A DNA stretch of 63,988 nt, counting the filler, from Diploschistes diacapsis (taxonomy: Eukaryota): NCBI GenBank assembly GCA_023645945.1. It is 5 parts of 5 records of this genome, joined end to end, with 100 filler letters (N's around TTAATTAATTAA, not from the genome) between each part and the next. Parts side by side here need not be neighbours in the genome. Positions count along the whole stretch, not along the records: positions 25,492 to 56,880 come from JALAIB010000116.1; 4 more parts are not named here. One strand, 5' to 3'. The notes under the pieces were generated by a model. The model was not told the origin of the DNA and ran no database searches. It saw only the letters and a list, made by a program, of their open reading frames with translations. The position numbers and the translations under genes are program-made. How positions within the stretch are numbered: the stretch's first letter is position 1; every line of letters begins with the position of its first letter. Below are positions 25,492 through 37,501 of this stretch, piece by piece.

Positions 25492-27714
25492 CCCCCCGAC
25501 AACCCTCCCCTCGACATCGATAACCTCGCACAGCTCCACCATGCTCCGCTGGCTCAGCCCCTTGAACCCCTGCGTCCGCACCACGCGGCCCCAGTGCATC
25601 AGGCAGAACACGGCCGCCCTGCGCCGCAGCCAGTCGTCGCCCGCGAGCCCCGCGCGCTCCCAGATCGTCGCCGCGGACTCGACGTCCATCTCGCGGCTGA
25701 GGCGGTGCACGCACAGCAGACGCAGGCGCGGCATGTCATAGACGTTTGCCATGACGAGCATCCCTGCCACCTCGAACAAGGAGGGACAGTATTCCGGGTG
25801 CACGTCGATGGAGTCGGTGTAGAGATAGTACAGGAAGGCGCGCACCGCCGAATAAGGTTCCGGTATGTGCATCTTCTTGCTGTGGAACTCGACCATCTGC
25901 GCGGCGTAGGCGCGGGCGAAGTGCGGCCAGCGGGCCAGGAGAATGAGCTTGTGGACGTTTATCGGTGCCGAGTGGGGCGTGGTAGAGAGGGAGGTGGCGG
26001 AGCCCTGGCTTTCGGGGAGGGAGAGGACGTCTTCGTCGTCCGTGTTGCAGGATTCGTCGCGCAGGGCCGTGATCTGGAAGTCGCTGCCGCTTCCGGACTC
26101 CGGGGCGCGGTCGAACATGTTTGCCAGGTCGACTGCGGGACCGCTCAGGGCCGATGTGGTGCACGTGTCTGATGCGGGCAGCTGGCTTGGGCTGAATTTT
26201 GTCTCGGATGCGATGTTGCCGCCCACTAGTCCGTACTTGGTCAGATCGAGGGCCATTACGTCGCTGAGATACTCCTCCATCCCTCCGTTAGCGAGCTCCT
26301 GGGTCTCGATGGGGCATCCGAGAAGCCAAGCCTTGGTTCCGTCCTCGTTCGTTGTGCAGTATCGCCACCTGTATGCGTTGTCGAGGATCTCGTGACCGTC
26401 CGCAAGCTTCTGCCAGCGAAGCGTGTTCAGCTCGAAAGCGGAGAGACTGCAGTCTGAAGCCCTCGCAGGTCCGGATGGCGTTGCAAAGTCTAGAAGAGCG
26501 CCCGAGGAGTAGTTGTAGAAGTGGGTGCCGGTGGTAAAGGACGGGACATTTGCACCGGAATGGAAGCGCATTGAGCCGATCGCACCGGGGGCCAAAGGAC
26601 GACCGTGGGAAAGTGGTCGCGTTTGAGCGCTGCGAGAGTTGGCTTGGTAGGTACTTGTGCCCGTGTTCGACGAGTTCTGTGTCGGGACGCTGGACACCGG
26701 GCCTGGCCTTGCGTGGATGGGATGCTGGTGGAGGCTCGAATGATCGGCAGCGCCAGTCTCGGGACAGCCTTTGAATGCCGGGCTTGACTTCAGGTCCAAC
26801 CACCAGAGCTCGCCCGTGCGCTCCATGTCTGGGCCCAAGCCTCCAAAGACCCAAAGCCGGTTTCCCCAGACCCATATCGAGTGGTCGAATCGGCAAACGA
26901 ATCTCCAAGACCGTGACCAAGTCCAAGTCTTGAGATCCAGATAGCACACATCGTTGAGCGTGTAGGAATCAGTCCCCGTCAGGCCGCCAACAACGAACAG
27001 CTTCTCGTCGTAGACGGTGGCAGCATGCCTCGCTCGTCCCCTCGGGAGAGGCCCTTGAATGGGAGGCGAAGTCCAGGTCGCAGTTTTCAGATCGAGAATT
27101 ACCACATCAGAGAGATGTTCTCGGTGCTCGTTCTCGCCACCATAGATTAGTAGCTTATCGCCTTGCCATAAGGAGGCGGTGTGTCCTAGACGCACGTTGA
27201 GCCACAAGAAATCATCTACCTAAAAAGATTTGAAGATCTCATACCCATCCGTACTCCGGGGATGTCTCCATAATTGTCCACGAGCGTCCAATGCAGCGAA
27301 TCGAGATCAAGCCGAAGCACATGGTTGTATACTAAAAATAGGTTGCATCAGTCTCTAGCGCAGTTGAAGAAAGTAAGAAATCCAGCCAATCACCGATCAC
27401 TTACCTTCGTCCGTGTACTGGTCAAACCCTCCAAAGGCATAGATCTGATTATCGCCGCAGTAGGTGACGGAAGCGTTCACTAGGCATGCAGGACGCTGGC
27501 CGTTGGTGCGGAAGATGGTTGGTCGTGGTACTGCTGTGGTGGACATGTTGCGGGCTTTCGGCGGGCTAGAAGGTAGGAGGTAGGTGTTGGCAGAGGAAAC
27601 TGTTGAGCCCTGTGCCCGGCTATTATCCCTAGAAGATTGGGCATGGGAGTTTGCTGCTTGTGGACGGGACGAGATTGGGGTTGTCAGGCCAAGAGACTGG
27701 CCTTGGTTGGCCAT
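25492..27714 (-). CDS. Kelch-repeat / BTB-POZ domain protein (LZTR1-like architecture), 3' end at gap
   Basis: Kelch blades IYAFGG, LLIYGG, LFVVGG, LWVFGG; BTB SDFQI...INVHKLILLARWPHF...EPYSAVRAFLYYLYTD; two introns near 27190-27245 and 27330-27405. Confidence 0.88.
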
Positions 27715-28622
27715 TGTTGTTGCTGGTAGGATGAGTCGGATACTCAGTGTGGACAAAGAAAAGGGTTGAGAAGGCTATTATGCTTTGGAATGAAGCATTC
27801 CCAAACGGTGTTGGTTAGGAAAGATGGCTGAGCGGTCTATCGTCCATTGTAACAAAAAGGAAGAGATGCATTACAGAGTCTTGAATTCATGTCCAGGTCT
27901 TGTCTTGGTTGGGGATAAACTTTGAAGATAATAAGCAACTCTTTACGGTTAGCTTCGGAGCTGGCGGGAGTCGGAGAGCGCGTGGTCTTGGCACTTTCAG
28001 GGGTACTTGGGGAGCACCGCATTTACTACAGAAATATAAATATGGATAGAATAGGGAATTTAAATCTAAGGATTCACAGCATCTCCGAGATAGTCAGCGG
28101 GGAATCTGCACAAGTCAATAGTGCTACACAAGCAACGATTCCTTGGGTTTTAAGAAACTGATATTCACCAACCCTCGATGTCTGCCAGGCTGGTATGATG
28201 ATGCTCTTGGGTAAAATGCACCTTATAGATCGGCCAGACCTATCTCCGTTTCTAAATAAACTCTCATCTCTTCTTCAAAGCTTGTAAGTGTCCTTTGATC
28301 GCTACCTCTCAGGATATCACAGCTAGTGTTCCGATGCCCCAGGCCAGTGCTCCTAGCGCCAAAGGGCAAACTCAAGGACCCCTACAACCAACTGAGTTCC
28401 CCTACGCCTCGTTAGCAGTTCGTAATGGCCCGTGAAACCGCCAACATCGCAAGCAGAACAGGAAATCAGCATTTTGCGAGCGTGGGCGAAAACTTTTCAT
28501 GAGGGCGACCTCGGAAACGCATTGACCGGAAATCGAAGATTCTGAATAGCGGCTCCGATAATATCTCCACTTCGTCAATTGGACCCGTGCCAGAGCTTAT
28601 ACGTAGTTATACATCACGTTGA

Positions 28623-30243
28623 TTACCATTCGAACTCACCGTTGGCTTTGCCGAAGATGTATCTGTAGAGCATCAGCACATGAGCAGTACCCTAAGCACT
28701 TCACTTACTCCTTTCCTCCAGTGGTGAGAACACCGTCTTTTAGCGTGCACTTCCACTTGTTCTTCACGCGCTGCACCTTGTCATAAGTACAGAGCATCAA
28801 CTCTCCAGTGCTGGGATCGTCTTCGGTTTCGGCAATGGCATCATCGTCGGGATCGTCGAGGTCCGAGTTGATGGCATCCTCATCCGGATCCGCTTTGATT
28901 TCATCGTCATCGGGACCATCAAGCTGAGAAATAGCAGCAGTAGTGGTGGACTTTTTAGCAGTACGGTGTCGAGGACGCAACTTGGCCTTCCTTTCCGACG
29001 CAGTAAGCATTAGGCCTCCGCCCTCTATTTCCAAAACCGTCTGCTGGATGCGTTGTCGGATAGTTGTCTCAGCTATCTTGGAAGACTCGTCCGAAACAGC
29101 GCGCCGCTGCAAAAGGGTAGCATCCCATCCGCTAGGGCCGTCAGTCTGCGCGTTGGTAACAGAGGCACGTTGTTGAGGTGTAGTCAAGCCTTGGGTATTA
29201 TTGCCAGCGCGTTGCTGATTCATCTGACTGGCGGCAAGTTGCTGCTTGTATTGTTGCTGCGCACTGGACATTTGACCCTGTGTGGGATTAGGCTTTTGCG
29301 CCATCTGTGCCTGGGCTCGTAACTGAGCAATTTGCGGACCGGCAACATCTGAACCGTATTTTTCTTGGATGTTTTGGGCAGCACGAGCCGCCGCCGCCGC
29401 TTGGGAAGCATCGTAATTAGCAGGATACGGACCCGGATCATGCTTGATCTGTGGCTCTTGCTTTACTGCATCAAATATTAAACAGGCAGAGCAGCGACTA
29501 AGGAACGCTCACCTGCTACAGAGAGGCTTGCTGGTGAGTTGTTCATCTGAGGAGCAGGATCCCACGGCATGGCAGCCACGTGACGCTCGGTCAGCTTCTG
29601 TTGCCATGTCTAAACGAAAAGTATCAGCCAGAGTCCTTGAAGTAGAAAGTTTTCATCTCTTAGAATATGCAAAAACGAAAGACAAGAAAGCTTTCAAATT
29701 AGGGTAACATGAGGGGTCCTTCAGTGCCCTCTTTACCTTTTATGGCTTGGCGCCAAGCCAGAAGAAAAAGGATAAAAAGGCGAGTCAAACAGTCAAAGAG
29801 ACCCGCCTTCCCAGTCATTCCTGACTTCCCACCCCGCGCACTCGCCCAATCTGAGCAAAACAAAACTAGGCTGCCATCGCCACTGCTTGCATGCCCAATG
29901 TGCAGGAAGACATCACTCTTCCGTTCAATGCATTACTGGACATCAAAGTGAACAGTATCGAAGTCGTGCGCAGAATGTGCGCATGGATTCATTCGCAAGT
30001 TGCAATGACCACGATGCCGTGTGGAAGTGAAAGCAAAAAAAGACTTTTATGTATGCTCACTCACCTTCTTCAGGTCCTCCAGCAGTGCTTTCTCAACGCC
30101 TTCCTCCTCGAACGTGGTTGCGCTTCCGTCTATCACTTCATCGATGATCTTCAGGTACACGCTTCCCTGTGATTAAAGATTAGCATGCCCGGAAAGGAGT
30201 GATGCAGGAGGGACCAGCGACTCACGACTTGCGTGTTGGACAT
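28623..30243 (-). CDS. TOA1: Transcription initiation factor TFIIA large subunit
   Basis: MSNTQV/GSVYLKIIDEVI...FEEEGV...LEDLKK/TWQQKL; C-terminal DAINSDLDDPDD...MLCTYDKVQRVKNKWKCTLKDGVL...YIFGKANGEFEW. Confidence 0.95.
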
Positions 30244-30882
30244 GACGCCGATACAGGACTGAACCTGTAAGCTTAGTGGGGACGTGCGACAAGAGTCTGG
30301 ACCGTATTGAGTGTATAAGATTTCCCAGAGAAGGAGGCTGTCAGGTAAATCGGAGACGGAGAGTTTGCACGTGCAGGTTTCTGGAGGAAGGTTGAGGAGG
30401 GTCAAAGAGGGTTACCCTGCTGTACCCGCAAGCGGGCGTTTGGTGAGATCTAGGATGAGTCGGGGATGTTCAAATGACCATTTCCTATTCATCAATCTGT
30501 ATTTAAACAGCTGTTCGAGCCCTGGAGCGAGTGTACGCTTTTATCGCAGTAATATGAGCGTGGTGTTGCCAGGTTTAAGTTTCCTTTACGCTGGGGAAAA
30601 TAGAGGTCAACTGTTGCTTACATAATCTCTGCCCTAGCGCCTGTGCTGCAACTTAAACTCTTGCTTCGAACAAAGAGCAATTTGAACCAAGTACCACCAG
30701 CTTTGAACATAAAGTAAAAAGGTAATGACATTTCAGTTCATTCAAGGCAAAGCTGGGCTACAAGCACGAAATGTGAACCTCCATTGTTAAAGAATCATTG
30801 TCATGACCCCCAAAATCTCCATCAATCAACGCCAAGCGCTAGTATGCAAAACCACGAGCCAGATCAAACTGCACCAAATCAA

Positions 30883-32712
30883 TCATCGAATTGTCATCTG
30901 CTTGGCCATTTCTCCTCCTTTGCCAGCCATAATACCTTCCCTCGAAGACACTGAAGGAGCACCAGGCTTCTTCTCGAATATCTTCCAGAACTTCAGACTC
31001 TCATCGGCAGCTGCAGTTGCGAGAATCTGGCCATCAGGGCTCAAAGAGCTATGCAGGATTCTGGTTTCGTGCGCTGGGATCTCGATCTGTCGCACCAGCG
31101 TCGGATAGGCCCAAATCGAAATCGAATTGTCAGGGAAGCCTCCGGTGCTGACAATTTCTCTGTAGTTCGAACTCCAACGCAGGCTGGTGACTTGAGAGCC
31201 AGTGTCAATGCTGTTCACTCGAGCGCCCGTTGTACTATTGAAGAAATTTATTGTCCGGTCAGTTGAACCACCACCAGTAGCAAGGAGATTGCTCTGCCAA
31301 GGGCACCAGCTCAGAGCCTTGACAGCTGCTTTGTGGTTGGTCTTTTGAAACTTTGGTGCGTTCAGAGAGCGGGCGTCCCAGATGGTGACGAGATTGTCGT
31401 TACCGCCACTTGCGAGTTGGGATCCGTCAGACCTCCACTCAAGGCCACATACCTCAGCCGTATGGGAGGAAAGTTCTGCAACTTTATGCTCAGCAACTCT
31501 GACATCGTGGTTAAAGACGAGACCGCTTCGGGCACCAGTCGAAAGAAGGTGCTTGTTCCACGATTGGACTGCAACTCTTGTGTCATGTCCAAACATACTA
31601 CGTAATTTTGTTTTTTCTTCAACATCCCAGATCTGTACTTCACCGCTATCGAGTCCAACACTGACATAAGCACCGTCCCCACTCCACTTGACACTGCAAA
31701 TATCGGAATTTGCCTCAAATAGGTTACGAACGCTCCCGCTCTCCGCTGACCAAACGAAAAGGTTCCTCTCGAGGGCGATAGCGACTTGGTTTCCAGAACT
31801 CCAATCAAGAAGGTTTAGATAGAAGTCGTTTTCCACTCCGGGTATATCTAAGACCTTCCCAGGTGCAGTGAGAATCTTTCGTCTGAGTTGAGCGGAGACA
31901 GCATTGGCTGGCTTGAGAGGACGGTTGTACTGAGAGCGCAGGTCAATTGGCTTTGAAGATTCCGGTGGAGCAGGCTTGAAGGCGAGAATGCGTTGGTTGA
32001 GTGACATGCCGCACGCGGACGCAAGCTCTGCCTGAAAACGTGAGTTGTCAGCGGGCTTCTTATATTTCTTGTCCTCGTAGTCATCGTCGTTCAAACTCAA
32101 ATCAAGCCTTTCCAAAGCAGCAGTTGCGTCATTCTCAGCCTGAGCAAGGTCAAAGGCGCTTGCACTGGCAAGAACGACCGAACTTTCACCGTGCTTTGAG
32201 TGGGGCCTTGCGTCAGAATCAGCTTTACCAGACCCAATGACGATGAGACCTTCACTGGCAAAACGGTTTGGGATAAATCGGTCACCAGCTTCCAGGCGGA
32301 TCGTCTTCTTTGTTGACCTTGAGCGAAGTGCCGTCTCTTTCCGGCTTTTGCTTTTCGATGGTGTGGGACCCACAGCGGGTCCAGTCCCGGTCAATGCGAG
32401 GTCCGAGATACCAAGCTCTAGATGTCTTGGGGAGTTGCGTGCTGCTGCAATATTTGACTTTGGCGAGTCTCGGTGAGTCTTGGAAGTTGAGCGAACGTAG
32501 AATGGAGCATTGCTGGCATAGGGCTGAGAAATGTGTCGGGTTTCAGCATTCTGGCGAGGTGGAGTAAAGGGAGAAGAGTGGTTTGATGTGTTTACGGCAA
32601 GGCTTGTGGTTCTTCGGGGCGATGGGGTAAGAGGCATACGGCCACCAGCGACCTGTGTTGAGAAGATGCCGCGGTGGGTCTTGAGTGGCGTCGACACTGT
32701 GGCCGATGCCAT
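30883..32712 (-). CDS. CDC20: APC/C activator Cdc20/Slp1 (WD40)
   Basis: C-box DRFIPNR, RILAFKP, DFYLNLLDW, WD repeats, C-terminal IR motif; single exon. Confidence 0.95.
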   Translation of the reverse strand: MASATVSTPLKTHRGIFSTQVAGGRMPLTPSPRRTTSLAVNTSNHSSPFTPPRQNAETRHISQPYASNAPFYVRSTSKTHRDSPKSNIAAARNSPRHLELGISDLALTGTGPAVGPTPSKSKSRKETALRSRSTKKTIRLEAGDRFIPNRFASEGLIVIGSGKADSDARPHSKHGESSVVLASASAFDLAQAENDATAALERLDLSLNDDDYEDKKYKKPADNSRFQAELASACGMSLNQRILAFKPAPPESSKPIDLRSQYNRPLKPANAVSAQLRRKILTAPGKVLDIPGVENDFYLNLLDWSSGNQVAIALERNLFVWSAESGSVRNLFEANSDICSVKWSGDGAYVSVGLDSGEVQIWDVEEKTKLRSMFGHDTRVAVQSWNKHLLSTGARSGLVFNHDVRVAEHKVAELSSHTAEVCGLEWRSDGSQLASGGNDNLVTIWDARSLNAPKFQKTNHKAAVKALSWCPWQSNLLATGGGSTDRTINFFNSTTGARVNSIDTGSQVTSLRWSSNYREIVSTGGFPDNSISIWAYPTLVRQIEIPAHETRILHSSLSPDGQILATAAADESLKFWKIFEKKPGAPSVSSREGIMAGKGGEMAKQMTIR

Positions 32713-33693
32713 TGTGAATGTGAATTAAGATCGACTTGACAATCTAATGTGTCGATCGGTACCTGTAGGTGAAGACCGTTTTGCGAGTCCTCGGTTAGTA
32801 GGTGTCGATTAGACCAACGAAACTTGTCGAAGGTTTGGTGATTTCCGGTATTTGAGCTCCCAAGAGTCTCAACTCAATGGATCCTGGGTAGTAACTGGTT
32901 AGTATCGTCGTTTTTTTTGGGAATGCCGAAAATTGGTTGGAGTAATCGAGGCCCTTGGCAGAAGTTGCCTTTAACAATCGGAGGGCGATCAATACGAACT
33001 TGTGATACAAGGTATGTATACAAATGTTGAAATGATCTAATGGATTGATAAAGGTCTTCTTGCACAAGGTAAATGTAGTAAGGGGAGCGTGAAGAAAGGT
33101 GGAGGGTTTGCGGGATGGAGTGCAATGTAGAAAGAAAGGAATTCGAGGTTCGTGGTGTCGAATTTATGGAGTTGATAGTAAACAAAGCTAGTCCGAAAGT
33201 GGAAGCGAAAGCGTTGCTGTTGCCAAGTTGACAACCGCCTAGTATGGGCCCAACAAACAGATGGACTAGTTAAAAGCCTACGTACAACAAGTTGAACGTT
33301 TCCATAGCACACATCGATGCATCAAACCCTTCTGTCGTGGTTACCATACGCCTCAATGGGAAATCATCCAGAGTGATTATGGAGATTGATATGGCATTAG
33401 TACCTCTCTCTGCGTTGGTTCTTCGGTTATAAATTGGATCCTGTCTTCTACCGACTCCTTTCAGAAGCGCTTACAGGCGGTTCAGGCTCTAATGATAATG
33501 AGTCCCAAATTTGGACAAAGTCATGCACAGTCGTCTCATTCATGCTACCAACTTGAACTCCGGTTTAAATGCAATGAAAATCCTTGATGAATACCGCACC
33601 CAGGTACACGCAAGCGATGCCCTTCCCCAACCAAATGCAAGTCTTCCGCCTATACTATCAGTACTCAAATCCCTCGTCCTCTCATCCTTCCCT

Positions 33694-34683
33694 CTAGCTA
33701 TCCTGCCATACGCGGACCGAATTAACGGCCCAATACGCATCCGCAAATGCAGACGGGTTGCTCTTCACATAATCCGCACAAGTGCCCGCCTTGGCCGCGC
33801 ACGTCGAGTCCGCGCTCCAGACATCCTGCTGCCCTGCCCATTGGCCGCAAAACGTAGTGTCGAAGATCATGCTCATGTTCTGGAAATGGCTGTCGATTTG
33901 GCAGCCCGAGAAGACGGCAGAAGGAGTGGGCCAGTTGGCTGGGTTGGGCGCGACAGCCGAGTTGGCCTTCGACTGGCCCGTGGGCAGGTCAGAAGGGATG
34001 GTTGAGTTGCGTGGGAAGAAATAGATGGTAATTTGCTGGCTGGTCCATTCAACCGCGAAGACCCCTCCACCATTCTGGTTGAATGCATTGCCGTATGATA
34101 GGGGGCTGGGGTCTTGGACCTGGCAGCCCGTGTTGTCGTTACCGCCTGAGTCGCATTTAGTCGAGGTCATGTTGCCGGTCATCTTTTGGACTGGATTCAT
34201 GCTGCACCCCGCTGACGTATGTAGAGTCATCAGGTTCTGGCTATTACTGTTGACGCCTTCAACCACATCAATTTCGCCGTTGGCCGGCCATGTACCAGAG
34301 CCTAGTAGCCAGAAAGCCGGCCATGTGCCACAGATACCTCCGGGCATGTGCAGGATATCGACCACGAAAAGACCATGGTCGTACCCCTTAGTGGATGAAA
34401 CCCGAACAGAGGCGCGGCCGTTAGGAGCTTGACTAATGTGATCGACACCCATATAAACCGCATTATTGATATTTGGCAAGCTCCCGGCGAGTGACTGCTT
34501 GTTTGCTGCTATGCGGTCCACGTATTGGACGGTTCCTCCAGTTGGGTCTGCTCCCGAGTAGAATTCAAAGCCGTTCCAGAAATTGTCACTTGTGAACTCG
34601 TCAAGAAGCTCATAGGCGGCGTTGGTAGGGCGTATTATGCCAAGGAAGAGGCCCAAAGCCGAAATTGCTAGTTGTGATTTCAT
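33694..34683 (-). CDS. Secreted GH16 endo-1,3(4)-beta-glucanase (Lam16A-like)
   Basis: Signal peptide, DPTGG.V.YVD, GTWPAFW, catalytic EIDVVE, DTTFCGQWAG. Confidence 0.92.
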   Translation of the reverse strand: MKSQLAISALGLFLGIIRPTNAAYELLDEFTSDNFWNGFEFYSGADPTGGTVQYVDRIAANKQSLAGSLPNINNAVYMGVDHISQAPNGRASVRVSSTKGYDHGLFVVDILHMPGGICGTWPAFWLLGSGTWPANGEIDVVEGVNSNSQNLMTLHTSAGCSMNPVQKMTGNMTSTKCDSGGNDNTGCQVQDPSPLSYGNAFNQNGGGVFAVEWTSQQITIYFFPRNSTIPSDLPTGQSKANSAVAPNPANWPTPSAVFSGCQIDSHFQNMSMIFDTTFCGQWAGQQDVWSADSTCAAKAGTCADYVKSNPSAFADAYWAVNSVRVWQDS

Positions 34684-36164
34684 GATCGAAAGCTTCCTTT
34701 TACTATCTTGTTTCGCGAGAGCAAGTTAAGATCGGGCAGAAAATTGTGTTCACTGCAAGGTGATATAGGCCCGTGATTCCCCAAGACTGAGGAGCTGTGC
34801 AACTGAGAAGACGGGCTCTAATGAAAGTCGAGTGTTCTGTCCAGCAGAGATGTCGAATGTCGAAAAATCGAATATATGTACTCTTTGTACACAGTGGAGA
34901 ACTGCAAGTATATGCAAGAAACGAAAGAAAGCCTAGCTATATTCTGAGTCGCAGACTCGTGGTGGCCGTAAAGAAAAGAAGACTGGACAAAGGAAGAGAG
35001 ACAATGGACAATAAGAGAAATAAATCAACTGAACAATAGAGAGCACATGGCGGAGGACGCATTGTTCAGACACAGCGGCAAAGCAGTAACAATACGGAGT
35101 CAATCGGTTGCTTCTAGCAAGGAAAACAAGCCAACTAGAGACTTAGTGCTCTGTGTCAAGGACTCTGTTATACGATGTAGTTAATCAGGAGATGGTCAGA
35201 GAACCACATTAACTGGACGTCGGCGGCATGGAACACGTGTAAGCTATTGTCTCGCGTCAAAAAAGCATAGGTAGAACCATTGATTGATGGGCAATGATTG
35301 TCGCCTTTGTCGATGAAACAAGCTCTTGTGGATGAACTTCGTTAAAGATGAAACATTTTACGCGCTTATTGTAGACAGACATCCCGGATTGATGTTAGAA
35401 ACACACCTTAACTTTATCGGGAAAAAGGGTGATCACCCAATCAAAGTGTTTTGTTAAGGTTCTTTCGTCCATCTCCAGACGAGACTTTTCGGTGCATTTC
35501 AAAGGGTTCTGTTTTCCAGTTGCGCTTACGATAGCTGCTAATCAGCTCATTTTTGCTCCACGTTACCTGCTGTACCAAATAGCTATACAAGTAGCCGATG
35601 CTGCTCATTCCTGCTAGTGATTAAGCAACACCTTCATTAGTATGTGTGTTCGCGGAGTTTATCGATAACGTGTTTCACCACGCAACGGAACACACCACCA
35701 AGCGGAACACAATCCCTGCACCTTCGTAAAGTGTATTTCTTAGTATTTTCACCTTTCGTACGATAACATTCTCTTTAAAGAAATGTTCGTACGAATCAAA
35801 AAAAGGCCGAAAAACGGCCGTGCAGGGGTAAGAACAGATTTAACTTCGTACAAATAATTTAATGTGTGATTATGGGGCTTCGTCCGGAACAGGCTTAGCT
35901 GAAAAGCTCGCTTAAAACTTAAAACTAAACTAAATATAGAAGCGCTCGATCTAGCGCAATTACATTATAATACTAAGCGGGCGCTATCACTCAAGTACTT
36001 GTTAGCTCGGTAGTGTCCAATTAAGATATCGAAAACCGACCTCATCCGCCGAAACCATACTTATTCTTCTCCTGCTTTCGCGGTCAAGTTTCATAACCAG
36101 TAGAAGCCGAGTCCTAAGGAATAGAGTTGCTTCAATCCCGCACGCCCTTTGAAAGGCCGTCACC

Positions 36165-37501
36165 ATGGGTGGCGACCTGAATTTAAAAAAATCAGTTAAG
36201 TGACCATTATGCTCTGCAATCCGCCTCCGTCCATATACTAACTCTCGCCGCAGTGGCACCCCCACCTCCTTTCGAACCAAAGAAAAGTATGGGAGGAGGA
36301 GAAGAAGGCGCTCCAGGAGCGCAAGCGGATCGACCAGATGATCAAGGAGCGGGCCGAAGAGCGTCAGATCCAAGAACTGCAGGAGATGCAAGAGGCCGCC
36401 GGCGGGCAGAAGAGACTTAATCGGGTCGATTGGATGTACAACGGCGGCCCTTCTGCAGGGCAAGCAGGGGTGACCGAGGAGATGGAAGGATATCTGCTCG
36501 GCAAGCGAAGGATCGACACTCTGCTGAAAGACAAAGAGAGCAAGCGGCTGGAGAAGGCGGCGACGGAGGAATCCTTCATGGCGCTGCAGCACGCGAACAC
36601 GCTGAGGGATACTGCGAGCAAGATACGTGATGATCCGATTCTCGCGATCAAGAGGCAGGAGCAGGAGGCTTTCGAGGCTATGATGAAGGATCCAGTTAGA
36701 CGGCGCGCTCTGCTCAAGGCTGCTGGCCAGGATGGGGAGGAGGCTACAGGGGGAAAACACCGGAAACGGCACCGCCGAGATAGTCATGATGGTCATGAAC
36801 GCCACCGACATCGGAATGACCGCGATCGGGATCTGCCCAATCGGGAGAAGAATAGGAGGGATCGCTACGCGAAGGATCGGTACGAAGAGGATCCCTACAG
36901 CAGCAGAAGATCACGGCGTTACGACGATCACGACAAATCCCGGCACCGGAACGGAGGCGATAGGAGAAGGAGATCGTCCTCATCCTCTTCTTCCCGATCT
37001 CTCACACCACCTCGCAGGAGGTCGCGATCCCCACATCACAGATCAGCTTCACCCCACCGAAGGTCGTACTCACCACGCCGCCGCTCGCCTTCGTCTCCCC
37101 ATCACCATCGGAGACGCTTGTCTCCACGTCCACCTCGTTCCAGGTCACCGCCCCGCAACGGAAATAGCCGGCACGACCTCAAACACAGCAAGAGCTGGGC
37201 TCAACCGCAACCGCAACCGCGCCGACCTTCTCCCCCCCACGATGATGACCGCGCCGCAAAACTAGCTGCCATGCAGCAGGCGGCCTCGGAGCTGGACCAA
37301 GACCGGGAGCAACGGCTACAGTCGCTGGCGGAGAAGGAAGCTGCCGACTTGAAGGCAGAGGAGGACGCGAGGGCTCGTTCGAGCAGGTATGGAGGAGGAA
37401 AGGGAGATTTTTTGAGCGGCGTGAATCGAAGAGCTGGTGAGTTGGGGGTGGGGGAGAGGATGCAGAGAGGTCGTGGAGGGTTTGTGAAGGATGGGGAGTA
37501 G
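36165..37501 (+). CDS. CWC25: Pre-mRNA splicing factor Cwc25
   Basis: [23 protein letters not shown] across one intron (36195-36253), [25 protein letters not shown]-rich C-terminal half. Confidence 0.93.

Noticed and set aside
36760..37200. Arg/Ser/His-rich repeats in CWC25
   Set aside because: Normal low-complexity RS region of this splicing factor.
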